Below, piece after piece: positions 10,211 through 17,900 of a stretch of DNA of 28,827 nucleotides; within the stretch, counting starts at the first letter, position 1, and each line of letters begins with the position of its first letter. Below the pieces are notes generated by a model. It was not told the origin of the DNA and did no database searches. It worked only from the letters and a program-made list of their open reading frames with translations. A program made the translations under genes and the position numbers. The DNA comes from an uncultured Candidatus Saccharibacteria bacterium (GTDB lineage: Bacteria; Patescibacteriota; Saccharimonadia; Saccharimonadales; UBA4665), in the NCBI GenBank assembly GCA_964453515.1, contig CAYVOS010000001.1, positions 1 through 28,827 of the forward strand, in the 5' to 3' direction.

Positions 10211-10239
10211 TAGCCAACAGATAGAAAACATGGTATATT
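10211..10239 (+). promoter_or_regulatory. Probable sigma70 promoter of the tRNA
   Basis: TAGCCA-17 nt-TATATT with TG at the extended -10 position, 14 nt upstream of the tRNA 5' end. Confidence 0.5.
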
Positions 10240-10253
10240 CTCTAGCTGTACGT

Positions 10254-10330
10254 GGCAGGGTAGCTCAGCTGGTTAGAGCACAGGACTCATAAGCCTGGGG
10301 TCGCGAGTTCGAGTCTCGCCCCTGCTACCA
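10254..10330 (+). tRNA. tRNA with CAT anticodon, most likely elongator tRNA-Met (Ile2 not excluded)
   Basis: 77 nt cloverleaf: acceptor GGCAGGG/CCCTGCT, D-arm AGCTCAGCTGGTTAGAGC, loop CTCATAA, T-arm GCGAG-TTCGAGT-CTCGC, discriminator A and encoded CCA. It lacks the C1:A72 mismatch and the three G-C anticodon-stem pairs of initiators. Confidence 0.95.
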
Positions 10331-10346
10331 ATACGACAGATGAAAT

Positions 10347-10378
10347 CGAGCCTATAGATTACTTAGGCTCGTTTTTTT
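10347..10378 (+). terminator. Intrinsic terminator between the convergent tRNA and methyltransferase genes
   Basis: CGAGCCTA/TAGGCTCG 8-bp stem with a 9-nt loop, followed by T7. Confidence 0.8.
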
Positions 10379-10389
10379 CTGTTAACTCT

Positions 10390-11421
10390 TTATGCCCACT
10401 GCTCTAGAAATTGTTTCTCAGATTTCTTTACAAATGCCGGCGTTCCCAGCAGGGCGTGCTGCGAAAGATCAGGCGAATATTTGCTTGCCGGCGTCACTCG
10501 CCCAAACGCTTCTGCAACCGCTCGTATATGATGCGGCGCTGCACCGCAGCAAAGTCCGATGTAGTTTATGCCAAGATCATTCGCTTGTTTCGCAAATACA
10601 GCCGTTTCATGCCGAGTACACAAGAATCGATCCAACCCCAACGTGTAAGCACTTTGGCCGTTTTCGTCCTTCAGGAATTGAAAAGATGGTTGTTGGGGTG
10701 TTGTATGATATGGTACTGGTATGGCAGCAATGGGACCGTCGACGGCATCACGAAGGGCACGGACGAGCGGCAGAAGCGTTTCCGGGCCCCGCCCGCAATT
10801 GAAGCCTACGACATCGGCACCATTATCTCTGAGTATTTTACAGGCTTTGATCCAATCGTATCCGTCTTTACTCTTCTCGTAGATCGGGGTGAAATTAATG
10901 ACCGCTGGCAAGTTATGTTGCTTTATGACTTCCAGCGCGATCAAAGCTTCGTCGAGATACTCAATGGTTTCCGCGAGTATGAAGTCCACACCAGCCTCAT
11001 TCGCCCATGCAACTTGCTCGGTATACTGTTTGCGCACTTCACGGGCACTTTTGTACTTGTTTGCGAGGTCGTAAGCCCAAGTATTACAAATATTACCCGC
11101 CACAAGTGATCCATGTTTTTTGCCCACCCTTGTGGCAATTTGGAGAGCACTCCGATTCATGCGTTCCAACTCGCCTTCCCTGCCAATCGCCTTTAGTTTT
11201 TCTCTATGCGCGTAATAGGTTAAGGCCACTACAATATCGCTACCGGCGCGTACGAATTCTTCATGCAGTTGCAAGACCGCTTCAGGGTGATCAACAACCA
11301 CCTCCGGAACATACGCACCAGCCTTAATATAGCCACGGCGCTCCAATTCAAAGATATAGCCTTCCGCACATAAGACTGGTCCGTTTTGTAATTTTTCTAG
11401 GAGCCCAACGTTCGAACCCAT
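10390..11421 (-). CDS. Homocysteine S-methyltransferase family protein, betaine-homocysteine methyltransferase (BHMT)-like
   Basis: ELERRGYIKAGAYVPEVVVDHPEAVLQLHEEFVRAGSD resembles the BHMT N-terminus. Zn-binding cysteines in GFNC and GLCCG; 343 aa. Preceded by a SAM riboswitch. Confidence 0.88.
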   Translation of the reverse strand: MGSNVGLLEKLQNGPVLCAEGYIFELERRGYIKAGAYVPEVVVDHPEAVLQLHEEFVRAGSDIVVALTYYAHREKLKAIGREGELERMNRSALQIATRVGKKHGSLVAGNICNTWAYDLANKYKSAREVRKQYTEQVAWANEAGVDFILAETIEYLDEALIALEVIKQHNLPAVINFTPIYEKSKDGYDWIKACKILRDNGADVVGFNCGRGPETLLPLVRALRDAVDGPIAAIPVPYHTTPQQPSFQFLKDENGQSAYTLGLDRFLCTRHETAVFAKQANDLGINYIGLCCGAAPHHIRAVAEAFGRVTPASKYSPDLSQHALLGTPAFVKKSEKQFLEQWA

Positions 11422-11465
11422 AAAAAATATCCTTTCTGCTTTTCTAGCGAGCGAGAAGGATATTT
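11422..11465 (-). terminator. Riboswitch expression platform: terminator and SD-sequestering hairpin
   Basis: AAATATCCTT/AAGGATATTT 10-bp stem contains the AAAGGA SD and is followed by U residues, then the ATG at 11421. Confidence 0.7.
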
Positions 11466-11480
11466 GACGTAATCAACTAT

Positions 11481-11590
11481 CATATCTTCCCCGCTGGCAA
11501 TATAGCGGGCTAGATGGAGCACCAACACTCTTCTTAGAGCAGGTTGCTGGCAGGTCACTGAACTAGATCTCTCGCTGCACTCTTTATATT
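11481..11590 (-). ncRNA. SAM-I (S-box) riboswitch aptamer
   Basis: Minus strand reads AUAUAAAGAG-UGCAG-CGAGAGAUCUAGUUCAGUGAC-CUGC-CAGCAACC..GGUGCU-CCAUCUAG-CCCGCU..AGCGGG-GAAGAUAU. This gives P2 with a kink-turn, P3 core GCAACC/GGUGC, pseudoknot CUAG/CUAG, P4 and P1, upstream of a methionine-pathway gene. Confidence 0.85.
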
Positions 11591-11611
11591 TTTAATTGTT
11601 AATGCAATTCA

Positions 11612-11640
11612 ATTGTACGCGCAGCAGCTTGCATAGGCAA
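11612..11640 (-). promoter_or_regulatory. Probable sigma70 promoter for the riboswitch-methyltransferase transcript
   Basis: TTGCCT-17 nt-TACAAT on the minus strand, about 20 nt upstream of the aptamer. Confidence 0.55.
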
Positions 11641-11648
11641 CTGCGCTA

Positions 11649-12869
11649 CTAATTATCCAGCGCCTGGACGTAAGCATCAATCTGTGTGTAATCATTAATG
11701 CCTGTCGCAGGGATGAGAGCATCTTCTCTGGATGGCGTGTAGTAGTTAGTGAGTAAATCGACACCCTTTTGGCCATTGTAATTGGCTTGATTTAGGCTGG
11801 CTGACTGGATGCTCGCTGCCGGGATTTTCTTCATGATGGTGTAGAGACGTCGTACATTACCAAGCGATAAATCTGTCTGGACATTATTGCCCATGGTGTC
11901 AAAGAGCTTTCCCATCCGTATAGGATTCGCAATAACACCGAGCGTCATCGCCTTCCTCTCTAAGGCAACTAGCATCATGCGCTGGTCGGCTGTTCGCTGG
12001 AAGTCATATTGTTCGAATCCGATTGGTACGCCGTACTGCGAGGGATCACCACGAGCCCGTGCCAAGTCTAACGCCTGCTCGCCATTTAAGGTGTGGCCCC
12101 CGTTTGTCAAATTAACCAGCGGCCCGCCCGTCACAAAATCGCGGTTCGGGTCATACAGTTCACCGTCGGGGCTATTGATCGTTACCGTAATGCCACCAAC
12201 CGCGTTAACTGCATCCCGTACAGCAGCATAATTAATGAGTGCATAGTAATCGATCAGGACACCAAATTTCTGCGATATCACTTCTTCGAGCAAGCCCATG
12301 CCCCCGGCTGCATAGCCCGGCTGGCTAAAGTTCTCTGACTGGCCGTCAGGGTAAGCTTCGTTGATCTTGGCATAGCCAAAACCTGGAATATGCACATACA
12401 GGTCACGCGGAATACTCAACATATACGCCGTGTGGTTTTTGGTATTAATACTGACCAGCATAATGGAGTCAGTTAAGCTGGCCCCCTGGTGTCCGGGATC
12501 ATCGGCTGAGTTGCCGGCAATTAAGATATTTACCCGCCCGGTGTTCTCTCCTTTCAGATGCGTCGGAAAGAATAAGCTGAACAACCCACCCCAACCGAAG
12601 ACCCGCACGGCATTATCCGCGAACTCATAGCCAACCCAACCGCCATAACCCATGCCGGCAACCAGAAGCAATATGAGAATCGATATAATCGATTTCCGAA
12701 TCTTATGCATTTTCGGCCGTTCTTCGGGAATTTGCTGTTGCATGAGCTGCCGTGACCGCATTCGCCGTGTAGGCGCACCGGAAAACAGCGGATTTGGTAA
12801 CGAACGATGCAGTTCGTAGGGGCTGATATCCGCTTGGACGTATTGTTTGGTAGCTTTAGATTTTCGCAT
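11649..12869 (-). CDS. LytR-CpsA-Psr (LCP) family glycopolymer transferase
   Basis: Single N-terminal TM helix, then NILIAG..D, TDSIMLVSI, SIPRDL, KINEAY, L.LARAR, DFQRTADQR. Confidence 0.9.
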   Translation of the reverse strand: MRKSKATKQYVQADISPYELHRSLPNPLFSGAPTRRMRSRQLMQQQIPEERPKMHKIRKSIISILILLLVAGMGYGGWVGYEFADNAVRVFGWGGLFSLFFPTHLKGENTGRVNILIAGNSADDPGHQGASLTDSIMLVSINTKNHTAYMLSIPRDLYVHIPGFGYAKINEAYPDGQSENFSQPGYAAGGMGLLEEVISQKFGVLIDYYALINYAAVRDAVNAVGGITVTINSPDGELYDPNRDFVTGGPLVNLTNGGHTLNGEQALDLARARGDPSQYGVPIGFEQYDFQRTADQRMMLVALERKAMTLGVIANPIRMGKLFDTMGNNVQTDLSLGNVRRLYTIMKKIPAASIQSASLNQANYNGQKGVDLLTNYYTPSREDALIPATGINDYTQIDAYVQALDN

Positions 12870-12950
12870 AGTGTTACCTTACGTCAGGTTTCAATGCTAC
12901 CTAAATAATACTAGACATGGTCAGGATATGTTGGAGAAATATCAATAACG

Positions 12951-12986
12951 TAAAAAGCTCAAGGGGTTACTTCCTTGAGCTTTTTA
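12951..12986. terminator. Bidirectional intrinsic terminator
   Basis: Perfect 14-bp inverted repeat TAAAAAGCTCAAGG / CCTTGAGCTTTTTA with an 8-nt loop; T5 tract on both strands. Confidence 0.8.
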
Positions 12987-13028
12987 GCAGCGCGCTTAAA
13001 TCTGGTGACTGGTTATATCACGGTTATC

Positions 13029-13121
13029 TTACAAAGATTTAAGTAAACTATCGATTTGTAAAATTCGTGCATTAGTCGTAGGAATAAATTCAAACGACAA
13101 ACTATGTTTCTTTTTGGACAT
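13029..13121 (-). CDS. Candidate 30-aa small protein (MSKKKHSLSFEFIPTTNARILQIDSLLKSL)
   Basis: AAAAGGAG SD 11 nt upstream of the ATG; lies between a consensus promoter (13209-13236) and the terminator (12951-12986). No recognisable homology. Confidence 0.35.
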   Translation of the reverse strand: MSKKKHSLSFEFIPTTNARILQIDSLLKSL

Positions 13122-13208
13122 AAACTACGCCACTCCTTTTTTGTATCTATTTATATGAATTTTTAAGATAGTGATTGTTTGTTTTATCAGCTGTTAAAAC
13201 TGATTTAT

Positions 13209-13236
13209 ATTATACATAAGTTTGCTATTTTGTCAA
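13209..13236 (-). promoter_or_regulatory. Consensus sigma70 promoter
   Basis: TTGACA-16 nt-TATAAT on the minus strand (plus strand ATTATA 13209-13214, TGTCAA 13231-13236). Confidence 0.7.
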
Positions 13237-13253
13237 GTTTTATGCTTGTGCTA

Positions 13254-13361
13254 TTAGCTATGCATGATATACACGATGGCCAGTAAGATAATCGCGCAAA
13301 TGACCACTACGAGTGCTTCTAGCGCTGTGAAGCCCGCTTCCTGTTTTGATAGTTGCCGCAT
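13254..13361 (-). CDS. 35-aa type IV prepilin-like micro-protein (class III signal peptide only)
   Basis: MRQLSKQEAG/FTALEALVVVICAIILLAIVYIMHS*: polar leader, G-1, F+1, E+5 and a 20-residue hydrophobic helix. AAGGGTGG lies 9 nt upstream. Below the ORF-track cutoff. Confidence 0.65.
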   Translation of the reverse strand: MRQLSKQEAGFTALEALVVVICAIILLAIVYIMHS

Positions 13362-13479
13362 ATGCAGATTCCACCCTTGCTGTTTTGAATTAATAATAAC
13401 ACCAGTAATATATTCTGTGACTCCGAAAGTTGTTATACTTAAATCAAGTTAAGCATTACAGGGATATGGCCATAGCAGT

Positions 13480-14337
13480 ATGAAACTTAAGAGCCCGGTT
13501 GTTACGAGCCTGCTTCGTTTTCGCCTACCGCAAACAAAAGTTTGGTTACTGTCACTGTCATTCGCAGGACTGCTTTTTCCCGCTACCGCTTCAGCCGTCA
13601 GCGTGATCTCCCAAGGCTTTACGACCACCGACGCTGTGCGTATCGGTTCAATCGTCAGTCTCTTGGATAACTCGTCCGACAAAGTACAAGCGACCAATAC
13701 GAGTAACGTAACAAATATGCTCGGCGTCGTGATTGACAACAGTGACACCCTCATTACACTCGATAGCAGCAAATCCAACCAGGTGCAGGTTGCAACCAGC
13801 GGCATCGTCGAAGCGTTGGTATCAAATATTAATGGCACCATTGCCCAGAACGATGAGATTACCGGTTCGCCAATAGCCGGCGTTGGTATGAAGGCCACCG
13901 ACAATGCGCGAGTCGTTGGCGTCGCGCAGGAGGCACTTAACAGTACCGACGGCACAACACAAACTTACAAAGACAGCCATGGACAGACACACAATGTCCT
14001 GATAGGTGAAATCCCCATTCAGGTTAATGTCGCCTACTACTTCAAGCAACCCTCAAAGACCATTATCCCGTCAGCCGTGCAGTATATCGCGAATGCGCTC
14101 GCAGGAAAAACAGTCAGTCCGGTGCCGATTTTAGTTAGTATCGCAATTTTTATCATTACGCTTATCGTTGTTGTTAGTATAATCTACTCAATGATACGTA
14201 GCAGTATTATTTCGGTGGGGCGAAACCCCATGGCGCAAAGCGCTATCTACCGAGGCATCGTACAGATGTCGGTATTGGTACTTGGCATTTTGTCCGTTGG
14301 ATTGGTTTCTATATATTTAGTACTGACGAAGTTATAG
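13480..14337 (+). CDS. Membrane protein: signal peptide, beta-rich domain and a C-terminal ATP-synthase c-subunit-like hairpin with no ion-binding carboxylate
   Basis: Ala-x-Ala signal (TASA), beta-rich middle (GVV..VQVATSG.V...NG.I...D.ITGSP.AGVGMKA..VVGVA), then TM-GRNPMAQSAI-TM (RNP at 14221-14229). No Asp or Glu in the hairpin. Occupies the atpE position of the operon. Confidence 0.7.
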   Translation: MKLKSPVVTSLLRFRLPQTKVWLLSLSFAGLLFPATASAVSVISQGFTTTDAVRIGSIVSLLDNSSDKVQATNTSNVTNMLGVVIDNSDTLITLDSSKSNQVQVATSGIVEALVSNINGTIAQNDEITGSPIAGVGMKATDNARVVGVAQEALNSTDGTTQTYKDSHGQTHNVLIGEIPIQVNVAYYFKQPSKTIIPSAVQYIANALAGKTVSPVPILVSIAIFIITLIVVVSIIYSMIRSSIISVGRNPMAQSAIYRGIVQMSVLVLGILSVGLVSIYLVLTKL

Positions 14338-14351
14338 GTGAGGTATAGCAC

Positions 14352-14957
14352 ATGCTTGAAGTTCTTCTAATTATCACATGTATCGCCATCGGCGCCCTGG
14401 CTGTCATTGCTGCGCAACATGCACTGGCACATTTCCGCCCTCAGCAGCACGATGCCGAGCACACACACGCACACACCGCACCACAAGGTGGCCATTTGCC
14501 GCCAGCCGTTCGCGAGCAGTTACTGGCAGATGCAAAAAAGGACTTTGAACGAGTGTTACGCCAATCTGCGCTTGAACTGTCACAGGATCTGCAAAGCACT
14601 GCCACCGAGATTAAGCAGAAGGTGCAGGAACTTGGTACCGATGCAGTAGCTAAAGAACTTGAGAATTACCGAGCCAAAATAGCAGAGCTGCAACAGCAGA
14701 CCGAAACGACGGTTGACACGATGCACCAGGAGATTACGGGCCATCAGGAGAACCTAAAGGCCAAGATGGCCGAAGCCGTAGAGGCCGAGAAACAACACAT
14801 GATTGAGCAAATGGACACAAAGCTGGCCGACGCCGTCACCTCCTTCTTAACGGAAACCCTGCAGCATGACGTTGATCTCGGTGCGCAAACAACGTATATA
14901 ACCAAAATGCTGGATGAGCACAAAGCCGAGCTGGCTAAAGGAGTCACCGGTGATTAA
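14352..14957 (+). CDS. Peripheral-stalk (subunit b-like) protein
   Basis: N-terminal TM helix, His-rich linker, long A/E/K/Q-rich helical coiled-coil; atpF position; GAGGT SD. Confidence 0.55.
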   Translation: MLEVLLIITCIAIGALAVIAAQHALAHFRPQQHDAEHTHAHTAPQGGHLPPAVREQLLADAKKDFERVLRQSALELSQDLQSTATEIKQKVQELGTDAVAKELENYRAKIAELQQQTETTVDTMHQEITGHQENLKAKMAEAVEAEKQHMIEQMDTKLADAVTSFLTETLQHDVDLGAQTTYITKMLDEHKAELAKGVTGD

Positions 14958-15438
14958 GTTTAAGCTTGACGAAAGCATCTCATCCTTGCAGGATCTGCGA
15001 GGTTTAGTGTTAGAGATTCACGAATACCAGCGCTGGTTTTCGCATAATGCCATTAAGAAAAAAATTCACATCCCCAGCAAATCCAAACCACCCGAGCTCT
15101 CCCCAGCAGCAAAGTCAGTCTTACGCGAATGGTGCGCAGGAAAAGATTTGACCATTAAAATGCTGGATGAATTGATTAAGACTCTCGAAGCATACGGGCG
15201 TAATGCACCGTCTATGTCCATTACCCTTGCAGCGTTGCCGAGCTCAGGTATGAAGAAAATACTCGTCGGCTGGTGCAGAGACAACATATCTCCGAACGTT
15301 ATGGTAGATTTTCAGTTTAACTCTACACTGCTAGGTGGTTTAGTTGTGAGAAGCGGTAGCCACATCTTTGATTGGTCGTTCCGTCGCCAAATCTTGGCAG
15401 AACGAAACAAGTTCCCGGAGGTGTTGCGTCGTGTTTGA
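14950..15438 (+). CDS. F1 subunit delta/OSCP-like protein
   Basis: C-terminal VDFQFNSTLLGGLVVRSGSHIFDWSFRRQI matches the delta C-terminal motif. Start GTG 14950 chosen for the AAAGGAG SD (track start 14914). The N-terminal half is divergent. Confidence 0.75.
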   Translation: MIKFKLDESISSLQDLRGLVLEIHEYQRWFSHNAIKKKIHIPSKSKPPELSPAAKSVLREWCAGKDLTIKMLDELIKTLEAYGRNAPSMSITLAALPSSGMKKILVGWCRDNISPNVMVDFQFNSTLLGGLVVRSGSHIFDWSFRRQILAERNKFPEVLRRV

Positions 15439-17053
15439 TAACCAAAAATTTCAGCAGCTCGTCGAAAAAGACAATCTAACCGGTAATGTCGTATCTACCA
15501 ATAGTTTTATTGTGGAAGTAAAGGGGCTAGAAGGAGTACGAATCGGCTCAAAATTTCTATTTGAAGACGGCCAACTCGGGCTGGTCCGTGAAGCGTATGG
15601 TGATCGCGTCATTCTTTTTAACATCGATACCGAACGTATTCAGCCGGGCACACTCGCCGTTGTAGAAGACGATATGCTCAGCGTACCCGTTGGTAAGGGT
15701 CTAGTCGGGCGCGTCGTAACCCCCCTGGGCGTTCCACTTGACGGCAAGGGCGCTGTTCACGCGACAGAAAAATCGGGAATTTTTAACCCAGCTCCCGGGA
15801 TTATGGCCCGGAATGTGTTGAATGAGCAGCTGGAAAGTGGCGTCACCGCTGTCGATATGTTTTTCCCGGTCGTACTTGGTCAACGTATCGCCATCCTGGG
15901 TGATAGTAAAGCCGGTAAGAGTACCTTCTTGAGCCAATTATCCGCTTCACAGGAAGGGAAAGATCGTGTCGTCGTCTATGTCCTCATTGGCAAGCGTAAA
16001 GTCGATGTCGAGCGGCTATTGTCCGGGCTGCGCGGCTCCGGCGCTATCGAACACACCATCGTCGTACAAGCTGATATCTTCGATTCCTTGACTCAATCCT
16101 ACCTTGCCCCATACGCTGCCTGCGCTATGGCTGAGTACCTATGGTACAAAGGCCAGGACGTTATTATTATATACGACGATCTTTCCAGCCACGCTGAAGC
16201 ATACCGGCAACTTTCATTGTTGCAGGAAATTGACCCAGGTCGTGACTCATATCCAGGTGACATGTTCTACGCACACTCAAGCCTTTTGGAACGTGCCGGC
16301 AAACTAAAGACAAACAATAAGACGCTTACCTCTTTGCCGGTCGTGCTAACCCCCAACGATGACGTTACCGCCTTCCTGCCAACCACCATTATGTCCATTA
16401 CCGATGGTCAAATTATCTTCGATCTTGGGCTCTTCCGCTCCGGCATCCGTCCCGCGGTTAACGCTGGTCTTTCAGTTTCTCGTGTTGGTGGTCAGGCGCA
16501 AACCAAGCGGCAAAAGCAGCTAACGAGCGGCCTCTTCCAACGACTGGCAAATTTCCACCAGGCGGAGGAGTTTTCGCACTTCGGTTCAAGTCTTTCTAAG
16601 GATGCCACTATTGATTTAAAGCTCGGGCGGCAGATTTATGACGCGCTATCGCAAACACCCGAACAACTGCTGAGTTTGTCTCAGCAGCAACTCCTCGCTG
16701 AAACAATCCTCTTGGGTAAGGGTGAGGCAGTAATAGATATGCCCGGCCTCAAAGAAGCAGTTAAAAAAGAGGCCAAGGTCATTAAAGAGGAAAAAGATTA
16801 TGACCGCATTGAAGCACAGCTGTTTAAGAAGTTCTGTAAGATGCCGCCAACCGGTGAGAAATTAGGTGATAAACCTGTCGGGAATGAACCACCCACGGCA
16901 GGCGAACCCACTGACCAGAAACCATCCGATACTAAAGATGCGGGGGATGGTGAAAAACCTTCTGAGACCACAGAAGAAAAACCTGCAGAGCCCAAGGATG
17001 CAACGCCGGATAAAAAGTCTGCGGAGAAGGAGAAGGCTCATGCGTCGTCCTAG
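15431..17053 (+). CDS. atpA: F1-type ATPase subunit alpha, divergent
   Basis: GRVVTPLG.PLDG, SGVTAVD, GQRIAILGDSKAGKS, YDDLS.HA.AYRQLSLL..PGR..YPGD.FY.HS.LLERA, SITDGQI, GIRPAVNAGLSVSRVGG. Start GTG 15431 with GGAGGT SD (track start 15368). About 70-aa acidic/Pro-rich tail. Confidence 0.92.
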   Translation: MFDNQKFQQLVEKDNLTGNVVSTNSFIVEVKGLEGVRIGSKFLFEDGQLGLVREAYGDRVILFNIDTERIQPGTLAVVEDDMLSVPVGKGLVGRVVTPLGVPLDGKGAVHATEKSGIFNPAPGIMARNVLNEQLESGVTAVDMFFPVVLGQRIAILGDSKAGKSTFLSQLSASQEGKDRVVVYVLIGKRKVDVERLLSGLRGSGAIEHTIVVQADIFDSLTQSYLAPYAACAMAEYLWYKGQDVIIIYDDLSSHAEAYRQLSLLQEIDPGRDSYPGDMFYAHSSLLERAGKLKTNNKTLTSLPVVLTPNDDVTAFLPTTIMSITDGQIIFDLGLFRSGIRPAVNAGLSVSRVGGQAQTKRQKQLTSGLFQRLANFHQAEEFSHFGSSLSKDATIDLKLGRQIYDALSQTPEQLLSLSQQQLLAETILLGKGEAVIDMPGLKEAVKKEAKVIKEEKDYDRIEAQLFKKFCKMPPTGEKLGDKPVGNEPPTAGEPTDQKPSDTKDAGDGEKPSETTEEKPAEPKDATPDKKSAEKEKAHASS

Positions 17054-17900
17054 CCAAATTGAAAAAGATGCGATGCAGATCACTACGGTAGAGGATTTGA
17101 CGGGGGTATTTGAAAGTATCGCAAGTACGCAGGTTGCCAAAGTGAAAGGCAAGGTGGAACTGTCCAAGCAATTCTTTCAGCTACTCTGGAAACGCTATAC
17201 ATCAATCCGTATTGACCCGAGTATGCGTATTACCAACCGTGATCTTGGTGAAGGATCAAACAAAACGATGTTTATCATTATCTCAGCAGAAGCAGGTCTG
17301 TCTGGTGATATTGACCAGCGTTTGATTGAGTCGATGCTGCAAGCATATGATCCCAAAACCACTGATATTATTGTTCTCGGCACCCACGGCGCCACTCAAT
17401 TACGCCAGCGCAGCATCCCGTATGTAAAGTTCTTCCAGGTGCCAGAGACCGACCGCTACATCGACGTAAGCCCGGTCATCAATTCGGCTAAAGGTTACAC
17501 CAGCATCATTGTCTATTACGAAGAGTACGTATCCCTTGGAGTCCAGGAAATTAAAACGATCGACCTAGTCGCCAGTATGCGTGAAATGAGTGAAGACGCT
17601 GAGGAAGATACGATGACTGCTGAGGACACAATTTTCGAGCCTTCTCTGGATCTGATTGCAGACGAAATGGAGCTTACTATGATGACACTCGCGCTGAGTC
17701 AGTCAATTTTGGAATCAGGACTGGCCCAGGCAGCTAGTCGATTTAACGCTATGGCTGTCGCAAAAAAACGGGCAGGCGAACTACTGGGAGATTACGAAAT
17801 GGAATATCACCGCGCAAAACGCTCTGAAAGCGACCGTCGCCTTCGCGAAGTTATGGTGAGTATTAAGAAGAAAAAACAACACGCGAGGGCCAACTCATGA
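17040..17900 (+). CDS. atpG: F1-type ATPase subunit gamma, divergent
   Basis: IT.VEDLT.VFE.IA, IIISAEAGLSG, ASRF.AM..A..RA.EL...Y...Y.RA; position between alpha and beta. Start ATG 17040 with AAGGAG SD (track start 16866). Confidence 0.85.
   Translation: MRRPSQIEKDAMQITTVEDLTGVFESIASTQVAKVKGKVELSKQFFQLLWKRYTSIRIDPSMRITNRDLGEGSNKTMFIIISAEAGLSGDIDQRLIESMLQAYDPKTTDIIVLGTHGATQLRQRSIPYVKFFQVPETDRYIDVSPVINSAKGYTSIIVYYEEYVSLGVQEIKTIDLVASMREMSEDAEEDTMTAEDTIFEPSLDLIADEMELTMMTLALSQSILESGLAQAASRFNAMAVAKKRAGELLGDYEMEYHRAKRSESDRRLREVMVSIKKKKQHARANS

Noticed and set aside
10254-10330. Initiator tRNA-fMet
   Set aside because: It has G1-T72 rather than a C1:A72 mismatch and lacks the three consecutive G-C pairs in the anticodon stem.
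10392-11327. Plus-strand ORFs of 136, 232 and 106 aa
   Set aside because: Antisense shadows of the methyltransferase gene with no motifs.
10254-12990. tRNA-anchored integrative element carrying the methyltransferase
   Set aside because: No integrase, transposase or duplicated tRNA 3' end (att site) was seen.
13264-13452. Plus-strand 62-aa ORF
   Set aside because: No SD or motif; it overlaps antisense the much better supported prepilin-like sORF.
13449-13955. Minus-strand 168-aa ORF
   Set aside because: Antisense shadow of the 285-aa c-like protein.
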